Made by a program: the position numbers and the translations under genes. Below, in pieces: positions 6,657 to 15,225 of a stretch of 32,000 nt of DNA. How positions within the stretch are numbered: the stretch's first letter is position 1; every line of letters begins with the position of its first letter. Source of the stretch: Bifidobacterium longum subsp. longum JCM 1217 (GTDB lineage Bacteria > Actinomycetota > Actinomycetes > Actinomycetales > Bifidobacteriaceae); assembly GCF_000196555.1 (NCBI RefSeq), contig NC_015067.1:1230001-1262000 (forward strand). Direction: 5' to 3'. Under the pieces are notes generated by a model. It was given only the letters and a program-made list of their open reading frames with translations. It was not told where the DNA came from and made no database searches.

Positions 6657-9068
6657 ATGGACAAACGAATCAGCAGGACCCTGGCCGCGACGCTCGCCGC
6701 GGCCACCCTGGCCGGCGGGACGGCCGCACCCGTCTGGGCCGACCAGCCGACGGCGGGCGGGGCGGCGACCCGCACCGGACAGCGCGCGCCCATCGCCGGC
6801 CTGGCCGGCGTGACGGCCCGGTGGAGGGACGCGCAAGGCGGCACCGGCCCCGTCACGGGATTCGATCCGGCCAACGGGAGGGGAGGCGACGTGCCCGCCG
6901 GCACGACCGCGGTCACCCTTGACGGCCTGCCCGACGGATGGACCCAATCCGTCTCCAAGGACGATCCGCTGACCGTCACCCTCGCCGCGCCCGATCAGGC
7001 CCAGTCCCGCACCTACACGTTCCGCGCCGTGTCCGCCGCCGACCGGTTCAGGGAATCATTGAAGAAGGCCGAAACGATCCGCGACGACAGGGACGCGACG
7101 GACGCGTACGACCGGGCGAGCCTCGACGCGCTCGGCAAGGCGATCGGCGACGCGGGGAAACTGGACGCGGACACCGCCGGCGACCAGATGCTCGCCAAGG
7201 CCGCGGACGGCCTCGACCAGGCGGTCGCGGGCCTGCGCGTCGTCAACTGGACGTTCCACGGCCAGACCCTCGCCTACGACGTCGCGTCGAAGACGTGGAC
7301 GCCCGCCACCCCGTTGGGCCAGGCGCCCGGCACGGACGAGAAGATCACGGGCGGCAGCACGTCCAACCGGATCGAAGTGTCGACCACGGCCTCCGCACCC
7401 GACGTCAGGAACACGCTGGCCGGCGTCACCGAAACGGATCAGGTCCTGACCGCGTCCCACGGCGGCGAATCGTTCCGCATCCCCATACGCATCGTCCAGG
7501 GCACGGAGATCACGTTGAAGGACGGGACCCGTTTCACCGGTTCGGAGAACGGCTCCGAATGGACCGTCACCGACACCGGCCACCGGCTCGACAAGGACAA
7601 CATGCCCGACACGGACAAGGTGGAACTGTCCGACGGATCGACGCTCCCCGTCGCCTGGGGCAAGGCCACGCTCGACCCGTCGGGCGCGGCCGGCCCCGTA
7701 TGGACCATGAGCGGGAAGGCCACGCGCACGCTCGACAACGGGCAGACGCTCACGGTGAACCTGACCGCCAGCCGCGCCTGGGACGCGAAACTCAGCATCG
7801 GCGTGGAGCATCGGACCGCCGACGGGAACACGACCCTCATCCCCGGCGTCGACCTGGAGGACGCGACCGCCGCGGACACCCCGTTGGACGTGACCCTGCC
7901 CACGCTCCCCTACGCCGCGGCCGGCGACCAGTACGCGCCCGCCGTGACCGGCGGCGACGACGCGACGGTCACGTTGAAACCCACCGGGCTCGGCGATGAC
8001 GGGATGCGCGTGTTCACCGGCACCGTCAAGGCGACCAGGACGGACGGCACCATCGTGACCCGCAGGTTCACGATCCGCCAGCCGTTCGACAAGCCGTCCA
8101 GGACCGTCGGCGCGCCGGACGCCGCACTGGACGGGCTGCTCGTCAACGGCCAGCCCATCCAAGGGTGGGATCCCGACATCCTCGAATACACGATCACCGC
8201 GGGCGAGGACGACAAGGTCACGGTCAGTCCCAGGGCGAAGGCCGGGCAGACGGTGAAGGCGTCCGACACGACCCTGACCGCGCACAGCACCGTCCAGCAT
8301 TGGACGGTGACCGGGCCGGACGGCGGGAACCGTACGTACACGGTCACGCTCGTCCGCGACCACAGGACCCCCACCGCGGACGAGGCGTTCAAACCCTCCG
8401 ATCCGAAGGACACGGGCGGCACCCGGGAGGCTCCCGGCCCGGACACGGCCACGCTGAAAAGCGTCGGCTGGACGAAGGACGGCACGTACCACGCGGAGAA
8501 GGGCGACGAATACCTGATCCCGGAGGGCGGCTCGTTCGCCTACGAATCGTACCTGGGCCAGATCGTGAAGATCACGCCGGGCCGCGACCACGGCATGACG
8601 TGGAAATACCGGATCGGGGTGCTCGCCCCCGACGGCGTCACCTACCGGACGCGTACCGTCACGGTCACCTACCTGACGGAGGCGACCCACAGGGCGGGCC
8701 TGACCGGGTTGAGTGTCGACGGGCGCGACGTGGACGGGTTCTCGCCGGACAGGCTCGAATACACGGTCGGGGTCGCCAACCCGGAACGCTACGTGGTCAC
8801 CCCGTCGTGGGACAAGCAGACGGGCATGAGCGTCACCAAGCATGTGGACGGCGCGGACACGACGCTCACCGTGACCAGCGCCGACGGGCTGACGTCCGTC
8901 GTCTACAGGGTGCACGTCGAATACGATGCGGGGCTCGCCGCCACCGGCGCGGGCGTGACGGGCGTGATCATGATCGCCGTCGCCGCCGTCCTGGCGGCCG
9001 CCGGCACATGGTTCGCGTCCCGGCATAAGCCGCATGATCCGGACGGGGACACGGACGCGACCATGTGA
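6657..9068 (+). CDS. Cell-wall-anchored surface protein with cadherin-like beta-sandwich repeats and an LAXTG-type sorting signal
   Basis: RBS AAAGGAGAACC. Signal peptide MDKRISRTLAATLAAATLAGGTAAPVWA/DQ. Two repeats of the type L(D/T)GL.V.G..(I/V).G(W/F).PD.LEYT(I/V) ... Y.V.(L/V). C-terminus is LAATG + hydrophobic helix + RHK tail. The upstream part of ORF 5883..9068 is rejected because it overlaps minus-strand genes. Confidence 0.8.
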   Translation: MDKRISRTLAATLAAATLAGGTAAPVWADQPTAGGAATRTGQRAPIAGLAGVTARWRDAQGGTGPVTGFDPANGRGGDVPAGTTAVTLDGLPDGWTQSVSKDDPLTVTLAAPDQAQSRTYTFRAVSAADRFRESLKKAETIRDDRDATDAYDRASLDALGKAIGDAGKLDADTAGDQMLAKAADGLDQAVAGLRVVNWTFHGQTLAYDVASKTWTPATPLGQAPGTDEKITGGSTSNRIEVSTTASAPDVRNTLAGVTETDQVLTASHGGESFRIPIRIVQGTEITLKDGTRFTGSENGSEWTVTDTGHRLDKDNMPDTDKVELSDGSTLPVAWGKATLDPSGAAGPVWTMSGKATRTLDNGQTLTVNLTASRAWDAKLSIGVEHRTADGNTTLIPGVDLEDATAADTPLDVTLPTLPYAAAGDQYAPAVTGGDDATVTLKPTGLGDDGMRVFTGTVKATRTDGTIVTRRFTIRQPFDKPSRTVGAPDAALDGLLVNGQPIQGWDPDILEYTITAGEDDKVTVSPRAKAGQTVKASDTTLTAHSTVQHWTVTGPDGGNRTYTVTLVRDHRTPTADEAFKPSDPKDTGGTREAPGPDTATLKSVGWTKDGTYHAEKGDEYLIPEGGSFAYESYLGQIVKITPGRDHGMTWKYRIGVLAPDGVTYRTRTVTVTYLTEATHRAGLTGLSVDGRDVDGFSPDRLEYTVGVANPERYVVTPSWDKQTGMSVTKHVDGADTTLTVTSADGLTSVVYRVHVEYDAGLAATGAGVTGVIMIAVAAVLAAAGTWFASRHKPHDPDGDTDATM

Positions 9069-9081
9069 TCCGGATACCCAT

Positions 9082-9143
9082 ACGCGCGGGAAGGCCGGAT
9101 GCGGGGGGCGCGTGTTCTCCCCGCATCCGGCCTTCCCGCGCGT
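9082..9143 (+). terminator. Long perfect hairpin immediately after the surface-protein gene
   Basis: 25-bp arms ACGCGCGGGAAGGCCGGATGCGGGG (9082-9106) / CCCCGCATCCGGCCTTCCCGCGCGT (9119-9143) with a 12-nt loop. No T-tract. Confidence 0.6.
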
Positions 9144-9365
9144 ATGTTCACACTGTTGGTCAAACAGGGCGGTATCCGTTATGAGGTGACACCGGGTGGT
9201 CAGAAGGTATACGATCCGCATGAGATCGACCGGTACATGGCCGAACGTCAAGGCAAGCCGATCCCCGAGGGGAAGCTCGTGTTCTATGTGCGTGACAGTG
9301 AGGGGAACATCGTTCGCATGAACACGCAGGTGGAACGGTTGACGGTCGCATACGGCAAGCCGGTG
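9144..9365 (+). pseudogene. Decayed fragment resembling the N-terminus of a MerR-HTH + small serine recombinase (IS607/resolvase-like)
   Basis: The pattern GIRYEVTPGGQKVYDPHEIDRYMAER ... KLVFYVRDSEGNIVRMNTQVERLTVAYGKP resembles the '...TPGGHRRY...' HTH tail followed by a 'YARVSSxxQ' catalytic-serine segment. The first HTH helix and everything after ~75 aa are missing. This stretch is locally lower in GC than the rest of the island. Confidence 0.35.
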
Positions 9366-9516
9366 AGGGGCCGGCATCCTTCCACTCCCAAGGACTACCA
9401 GGAGTGGCGACGGCGACTATCCGGAATAAAAGGAAGCAGACAACCACCGTCACACTACGGGCCAGCGTTGCCATGCAGTTATGGCAGGAACCACAACTAC
9501 CTCATCCCGAATAACC

Positions 9517-9798
9517 CTAGGCGGCCGGGTCGAGGGCCGCGGCCCGCCTGGTGGCGAGCATGCCCGCACGGCACATGATCGACGCCTGGGCGGGCGTCAG
9601 GCCGCCGCCGAACCGTCCCATGAGACGGAACGCGTCCTCCATTAGAATCCGGTCCGTTCCGGGCAGTGTTTCCAGGCATCTGGCGGCGCGGGCGAACACT
9701 TCCGCATCATGCTCCAGCATGGCGTACGCGTCCATCATGCGCGTCCCGCCCTCACGGCTGATGCTCTCCGCCGCGCGATCCCAATCCATTCCGGTCAT
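9517..9798 (-). CDS. Small hypothetical protein (93 aa) downstream of the Replic_Relax-like gene
   Basis: High GC3 ORF. GGGGG RBS-like stretch upstream of the ATG at 9798. Co-directional with and 36 nt from the upstream gene. No recognisable motif. Confidence 0.45.
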   Translation of the reverse strand: MTGMDWDRAAESISREGGTRMMDAYAMLEHDAEVFARAARCLETLPGTDRILMEDAFRLMGRFGGGLTPAQASIMCRAGMLATRRAAALDPAA

Positions 9799-9834
9799 GC
9801 CCCCGTATATGCGTTCCGGCCACCCGCCTGTCGC

Positions 9835-10821
9835 TCAGCCATGCCAATGCCCGCGCATGCGCTCCGGCAGCCGCCATGAGGCGGCGTTCGGCAGGCCGAA
9901 CACGCGGCCGAGCCTGTCCATGTCATGTCCCGTCCACCCGTCCAGGGGGACGGGAATGCCGGGTGAGGGCGTCCACCCGTCCGTCATGAAACCGCCGGCC
10001 ATGACGGACGCCGCGTCGCCCGCATGCTGGCGGGAGCGTGCCGCGCACAAGCCGTCCAACCGTTCCAGGATCCCCGTGTTCCCGTCGCCGCGGCCGGCCG
10101 ACAGCCACAGGACATGCGTGTTCCGGCAGGCCGGATGGTCGAGCACCCTGTCCCACCGGCGGAACTTCGTCTCCAATGACTGTCCGGTGGACGCGGTCAG
10201 TTCCACGCATACGAGCAGGCCCTCGCCGATGAGCGCCAGATCGGGGCCGCCATGGCCCATGATCGGATCATCGCAGATCCGGTCGAACCGGCACCACGCC
10301 TCCCCCGCGGTCAGCCACCCGTCGCGCCGGGCGCGGATGGCGAGCCCCGTGCAGATCAGGTTGTGCCGGTCGTACTGGCGTTGCCCGCGCAAAGGGCCCG
10401 GCCCGATGTCCGCGATCTCGACGGGCGTGAGGCCCAGCCGGCGCAGTTCCGGGTCGATCGCGTGGTGGACGGGCAGGCGGACGGCCATGAAGCCCGCGCT
10501 TTTCGGCCCCCATCCGCCGCGCCCGTTCACGTTGATGGGGAAGCCCAGGTCGATGAGGCGCATGCCGGCGAGCATCATCCACAGCGTGGACCGCGGGTCG
10601 GCGGGCAGCCGCGGGTCGAGCTCGTGGAGTTGGCTTGTCTCGCAGGTCCTGTGCGAGCGGATGAGCGCGAGCGCCGCCCCCGTGACGGGGGCATGCCGTT
10701 CCAGCCATGCGAGCGCCCTCTCCCGGTCGGGGAGCCATGCGGGAGGGTCGGCCACGCGGCTGTCCCACCAGTTGAGGGCCGATCCCGCCGACCACCATGA
10801 TTCGTCGAAAGCGTCGAACAT
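9835..10821 (-). CDS. Replication-relaxation (Replic_Relax)-like winged-helix protein; tentative
   Basis: N-terminal wHTH-like segment (AALALIRSHRTCETSQLHELD...LWMMLAGMRLIDL), a central H-x-L segment (YDRHNLICTGLAIRA), and a PD-(D/E)xK-like GPDLALIGEGLLVCVELT. By eye only. Confidence 0.4.
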   Translation of the reverse strand: MFDAFDESWWSAGSALNWWDSRVADPPAWLPDRERALAWLERHAPVTGAALALIRSHRTCETSQLHELDPRLPADPRSTLWMMLAGMRLIDLGFPINVNGRGGWGPKSAGFMAVRLPVHHAIDPELRRLGLTPVEIADIGPGPLRGQRQYDRHNLICTGLAIRARRDGWLTAGEAWCRFDRICDDPIMGHGGPDLALIGEGLLVCVELTASTGQSLETKFRRWDRVLDHPACRNTHVLWLSAGRGDGNTGILERLDGLCAARSRQHAGDAASVMAGGFMTDGWTPSPGIPVPLDGWTGHDMDRLGRVFGLPNAASWRLPERMRGHWHG

Positions 10822-10931
10822 GACGGCCGGCTATGCGGGTCGTCCGCGTACGGCGTGTCGCCTTGCGCCGGCCGGGATGCGGGGTGGTGGCGAAACGCAT
10901 GGTATGTGTCCCGGGACGCATACGCGCCCGC

Positions 10932-11969
10932 ATGTCAGACGATAACCTCGCATGCACTCCCGCGCAATGGGAGCGGATCATCAGCCGATACGCCGACCCG
11001 GCCCGGTCGAACTCGCCGGCGGGCCGGGTCGCCGCCCTGCTGCGCGACGACGCGCGCGCCTCCGACCTGGTGCGCGAATGGGTCGAGGACCAGGCCATGC
11101 GATGCATGGCGAAGGGGCAGACGGTCACGCCCACGCTGCTGACCATGATCTGCAAACGGTGCAGCAAGGAGGCGATCCTCCACAGGGAGCTGGGCGTGAG
11201 CGTCAAACTGCTGCGCGCCGGCGCCGCCTATGAGAAACGTCTCGCCGAATACCGTAACGATCATGCGTCCGCCCACCCCTCCCGGCCGGTCAGGGAACGC
11301 CTGTGGGACGAGGCGGTGGACGCGCATATCCATGGTCAGATGGAGCGCGGCGTGAGCAGCATGGTGTTCCTGCCCTACCATGACGGGCGCAACTCGCATC
11401 CGGGCTCGTCGAACCTGCTCGCATGCGGCGGCCTGCCGGAATGGGAGGCGCTGTTCGGATCGAAGCGGCGTCGTTTCGCCCCGTTGGAGGATGTGGACGA
11501 GGATCATGATCCGGCGCTCATGGACCATACGGGCGGCATGCCGTTCGAGGTGACCGCGGAATGGCTCGAACGGCATGGGATCACGCCCGCCATGCTGAAC
11601 CGTCTGACCGACACGGATCTGGCCGTATTGGGCGTGGACGTCAGGTCCGCGCGCCTCGAATCCGCGGGCGGCGTCCTGGACGGGGTGGCGGGCCGCCTCG
11701 ACCTCATATTGGACGATCCGCGGGCGAGCCAGGCCCTGGCGGCCGGCCGGCCGATGCTGGGGGCCGTGGAGATCCTCCACTCGCTGGGCATGGATGTGGG
11801 CATGATCCGGGCGGGCATGCGGCTCGGCCGCTGGTCGCGGGCCGGGGACGTGCACGATCCGGGCATGCTGCGCGCCGCATGGGACCGGATCCCGGGCCGT
11901 GGGGGCACGTACGACGAGTATCTGCGCGCCGTGTCCGACATTCTCGACAAGGCCCACGCCCTCGCATAG
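10932..11969 (+). CDS. Hypothetical protein (345 aa). Start is uncertain (ATG 10932 or 10899).
   Basis: Long high-GC3 ORF, divergent from 9835..10821 and first of three co-directional genes. No recognisable domain. Confidence 0.55.
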   Translation: MSDDNLACTPAQWERIISRYADPARSNSPAGRVAALLRDDARASDLVREWVEDQAMRCMAKGQTVTPTLLTMICKRCSKEAILHRELGVSVKLLRAGAAYEKRLAEYRNDHASAHPSRPVRERLWDEAVDAHIHGQMERGVSSMVFLPYHDGRNSHPGSSNLLACGGLPEWEALFGSKRRRFAPLEDVDEDHDPALMDHTGGMPFEVTAEWLERHGITPAMLNRLTDTDLAVLGVDVRSARLESAGGVLDGVAGRLDLILDDPRASQALAAGRPMLGAVEILHSLGMDVGMIRAGMRLGRWSRAGDVHDPGMLRAAWDRIPGRGGTYDEYLRAVSDILDKAHALA

Positions 11970-12012
11970 CGAGGCGATGAACGTTGTTTTCCCGAGGGAA
12001 AGGAGACCGGTC

Positions 12013-12525
12013 ATGACCGTTGACGCGCATGGGAGAAGCCACAGGCCGTCCGGACTGCCCCAAGGGTATGCGGGCACGTATGACGGGGGCACGGGCGCGT
12101 CCGGGGGCATGGACGTGACGCCGCCCTCCTCCTATTACGACGGGCGCATGGGCGAGGCGGAACGCGCCGACCGGCCGACCGGCACGTGCCAGCGTCCACC
12201 CTCCGAAACCTCGCATGCAGGACAATTGCGCCGTCTTCTGGGCGACGATCCGGTCGAGGGAAGCGTTTCGAGCGTCGCCGGATCGTACCCGGGCCCGAAC
12301 GCGCGCCTGTACGCTGACTTCGTGCGTCATCCGCGCCGCCGCACCTACACGCTGGAGGGCGAGACCATGACCCGCTCCCAGGCCCGCGACTACGCGCGCG
12401 GCATGCTCGTCGAATCGGCGCGCAACGATGCCGGGGCGTGGGGCGACGGGTATGATCCGGACGCCATGGCCGAACAGGCAGGCGACTGGTTCGACAGGAC
12501 ATATCCCATGCCGAAACGACGTTGA
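12013..12525 (+). CDS. Hypothetical protein with an N-terminal RSHRPSGLPQG module related to those at 4201 and 5270
   Basis: RBS GGGAAAGGAGACC upstream of the ATG at 12013. N-terminus is MTVDAHGRSHRPSGLPQGYAGTYDGG. Confidence 0.6.
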   Translation: MTVDAHGRSHRPSGLPQGYAGTYDGGTGASGGMDVTPPSSYYDGRMGEAERADRPTGTCQRPPSETSHAGQLRRLLGDDPVEGSVSSVAGSYPGPNARLYADFVRHPRRRTYTLEGETMTRSQARDYARGMLVESARNDAGAWGDGYDPDAMAEQAGDWFDRTYPMPKRR

Positions 12526-12565
12526 CGGAGATCCATGACGGAGGGAAACGGTATCATGGGCGACC

Positions 12566-13519
12566 GTGACCGGATTCATACTGATCTTTGCCCTACTGTT
12601 CCTTCTCGGCATGATCGCCCTGCCGTTCATCCCCGTCATCGCGATCATCCTCCAGCGTCGGCATAACAGGAAACGCGCGCAAGGAGGCGTGTTCGTCTCG
12701 CATCGGAGCGAATACGCGAACATGGAGCCTTCGCCCGCGGACGTGGCGCACGTCGCCGCACGATACGGGATAATGCCCGATGCGCGTGGATGGATGGGAT
12801 GGCGGTGCGTGACGCATGATGCGGGCGGCATGGGGGACAACATCCGCGGGGTCGCCGCGACCGTGGATCTGAACGGCTTGGCGACATATGGGCTTGTGCG
12901 CGGCGTGCCCGGCTCGGGTCTGGAAGACTCCTCGTTCACCGCGGATCAGATAGGCGCGGGCATATGGGGGGAAAGCCTGCTGGCCCGCGCGATCATGGCC
13001 GGCCGGCCGCGAGTCTTGTCATGGTGGAGCCTGTACGGTTTCGACGAATGCCTGCGCCTGTCGGACAGTGACATCGACTGCGTGCTGGTCGGGATTCGTC
13101 CCGACGGCAGGCCTGTCGCATGGTTCGTCGACGCGAAACGGTACAAGGGCGGTTCGGACACGAGTTACGTGAATGTGGATGCGTGGCATCTGGCGCGCGT
13201 CAGCCGGGCGAGACGCGCGTTCGTGCTTGACTCCGCGGGCCGCGCGTGGACATCGATGAGCCCGAACATGTGGGAGCAGCGGGAACGGTGGCAGGGTCTG
13301 CTGGCCCGATACGGCGTCGTATCGTATTGGGTGGTGTGCGTGACCCCGCCGGGCGGGCATGGGACCCCCGATATGACCACTGCCGTATGGCCGGGTGGCG
13401 TGACCTGCATGGACATACCATCGCTTCGCGCGATGATCGATTCCGTGTGTGTTCCGGACATGTTCGCCGCGATCCCGCCCGGACTGGTCTCCCTGCTTGA
13501 TTCGCATATCAAATATTAA
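12566..13519 (+). CDS. Membrane-anchored NERD (nuclease-related) domain protein
   Basis: GTG start. N-terminal TM helix FILIFALLFLLGMIALPFIPVIAIIL followed by the basic stretch QRRHNRKR. NERD-like motifs: WGESLLARAI ... DSDIDCVLVG ... VAWFVDAKRYKGG ... SPNMWEQRERW. Confidence 0.6.
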   Translation: MTGFILIFALLFLLGMIALPFIPVIAIILQRRHNRKRAQGGVFVSHRSEYANMEPSPADVAHVAARYGIMPDARGWMGWRCVTHDAGGMGDNIRGVAATVDLNGLATYGLVRGVPGSGLEDSSFTADQIGAGIWGESLLARAIMAGRPRVLSWWSLYGFDECLRLSDSDIDCVLVGIRPDGRPVAWFVDAKRYKGGSDTSYVNVDAWHLARVSRARRAFVLDSAGRAWTSMSPNMWEQRERWQGLLARYGVVSYWVVCVTPPGGHGTPDMTTAVWPGGVTCMDIPSLRAMIDSVCVPDMFAAIPPGLVSLLDSHIKY

Positions 13520-14903
13520 CGCCCGCCGTCTCTCCTTCCAATGCGTCCATGACCGCCTCGTGCAGCATCATGCGGCCGGTCAATACGTCGAGCTTGCGAC
13601 GGTCCACGGTGTTCGACTCCAATAACCGGTGGACGCGCACCGTCCTTTTCTGCCCCTGACGGTGTAATCGGTCGCATGCCTGACGGTAGTCGTCGAACGA
13701 CCAGGGCAGGCTGGTCCACACGATCTCGTGTCCCCCGTCCTGGATGTTCAGCCCGTATTTCGCGGCCTGGGGGTGGGCGGCCAGGAGCGGGACGCGGCCG
13801 TTGCGCCATTCCTCCAGCACGCCTTGCTCATGCACCTCGCGCATGCCGGGGAAGCGTGCGCGCATGCGCTCCAATTCGTCGGTGAACTGGTAGAACACGA
13901 GCACCGGGCCGTCCGCCGCTGATATGATGTCCGCCAACGCGTCGAGCTTCACGTCGTCCACGTGCCGGATCGTCCCTTCCGGATCGTCCGCGTCCGGGTA
14001 CAGGCAGCCGCACGTCAGTTGGGCCAGCTTCGCGGTCAGGACGCCCGCGTTGGCGACGGTGACGGTCGTCCCGTCATCCAGGTCGGCGACCATCTGCCGA
14101 CGCAGCCGGTCGTACGTGTCCCGGGTCGGTTTCGGCATGTCGAGCCAATGGTCGGTCTCGATCAGGGACGGGAGTCCGGGCAGTTTGTCGCTTGCCTTCA
14201 TGGAGAGGCAGAACGGTTCGATGAGGTCGAGGATCTCCTGTTGGGCGCCGTCGCGGGGCGTGTAGTCGATGGGCTGCCGGCGGCCGCCCATGTCGATGTA
14301 CCGGGTGGGCGTGAACCAGCGTTCCCGGTAGCGGGTCATGGACCGTTCCAACGTTTCGGACCGGTCGATGACCGCGATTTCGCCCCACAGGTCCAATAGG
14401 TTTTTGGTGGCGGGCGTGCCGGTCAGTCCGAGCGCCCAACGGGCCTTCCTCGCATGACGGCGCAATACGAGCCCCCGGTTGGAGCGGGGCGTCTTGTAGC
14501 CGGACAGTTCGTCCACGACGAGGCCCGTCCACGGCCAGTCCCCCACCTTCCCGTCCAGCCATTTGAGGTTGTCCTGCCCGATGACGGTCACGTCCGCGCC
14601 GGCGTCCAGCGCCTGCGACCGTTGCCGCGGCGTGCCGACGGCGACCGCCCAGGTCAGGGAGTGCATGCCCTTCCAGCGTTCGAGCTCGTCGGGCCACGAG
14701 TTGCGGGCCACCAATGCGGGCGCTATGACGAGGAACCGGGCGTGCGGGTCGGCCGCGTGCATGATGTCCATGACGGCGATGCTGGTCAGCGTCTTGCCGA
14801 GCCCGGGTTCGAGGAACAGGCCGCATCCGCGGGACGGGGAGGCGAACGCCTTCAGGGCGAACCGGATGGCCTGTTTCTGGTAGTCGTGCAATGGGGTTTC
14901 CAT
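13509..14903 (-). CDS. SNF2-family (phage/ICE-type) DNA helicase/translocase
   Basis: Motif I LEPGLGKT, motif II VVDELSGYK, motif III LGLTGTPATKN, and C-terminal helicase motifs (LLAAHPQAAKYGLNIQDGG, CDRLHRQGQKRTV). Its 3' end overlaps the NERD gene by 11 bp in convergent orientation. Confidence 0.85.
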   Translation of the reverse strand: METPLHDYQKQAIRFALKAFASPSRGCGLFLEPGLGKTLTSIAVMDIMHAADPHARFLVIAPALVARNSWPDELERWKGMHSLTWAVAVGTPRQRSQALDAGADVTVIGQDNLKWLDGKVGDWPWTGLVVDELSGYKTPRSNRGLVLRRHARKARWALGLTGTPATKNLLDLWGEIAVIDRSETLERSMTRYRERWFTPTRYIDMGGRRQPIDYTPRDGAQQEILDLIEPFCLSMKASDKLPGLPSLIETDHWLDMPKPTRDTYDRLRRQMVADLDDGTTVTVANAGVLTAKLAQLTCGCLYPDADDPEGTIRHVDDVKLDALADIISAADGPVLVFYQFTDELERMRARFPGMREVHEQGVLEEWRNGRVPLLAAHPQAAKYGLNIQDGGHEIVWTSLPWSFDDYRQACDRLHRQGQKRTVRVHRLLESNTVDRRKLDVLTGRMMLHEAVMDALEGETAGVNI

Positions 14904-14976
14904 GCACGCGCGTATGCGTCAGAACCGGGACGCATATGACGGGTTCGGTGGAGGACGTCCGGAAAGGGGTTCCGTC

Positions 14977-15225
14977 ATGTTTGATTCCGTCGTGGCCTGG
15001 TATGGCATGCTGCCCGTCGGGGCGAGGGGCGCGGTCACGCTGGCCGTGGGCCTGCTCGTCGCCTGGATCGCGTTCAGGGTGGCGGTCAGGCTGGTGAAGG
15101 GCCTGGTCCGTTCGATCGTGGCCGCGGTGCTCGCGTTCCTGCTGGCGACCGTGCCGGGCAATCTCATCCTGCATGACGCGTACGCGCAGCTGAGGGAGAG
15201 GGCGTCCATGTCGGCCGTCATGTGA
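14977..15225 (+). CDS. Small two-helix membrane protein
   Basis: RBS GGAAAGGGG. Hydrophobic segments GAVTLAVGLLVAWIAFRVAV and IVAAVLAFLLATVPGNLIL. Confidence 0.5.
   Translation: MFDSVVAWYGMLPVGARGAVTLAVGLLVAWIAFRVAVRLVKGLVRSIVAAVLAFLLATVPGNLILHDAYAQLRERASMSAVM

Noticed and set aside
7056-9377. 773-aa minus-strand ORF and plus-strand off-frame ORFs 6938..7999 and 8165..9028.
   Set aside because: Antisense or off-frame to the surface-protein gene. R/G/D/H-rich low complexity typical of GC-rich shadow frames.
9380-9516. Possible small RNA in the ORF-free stretch after the recombinase fragment (short hairpins such as TGCCAT-GCAGTT-ATGGCA).
   Set aside because: There are only weak 6-bp stems and no promoter/terminator pair or recognisable RNA family. 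More likely decayed coding sequence.
9551-12939. Long alternative-frame ORFs (9551..10945 +, 10268..11206 -, 10935..12110 -, 11704..12939 -).
   Set aside because: They are shadow frames of the called genes, with S/R/P-rich translations and no motifs. The chosen frames have better start contexts and recognisable features.
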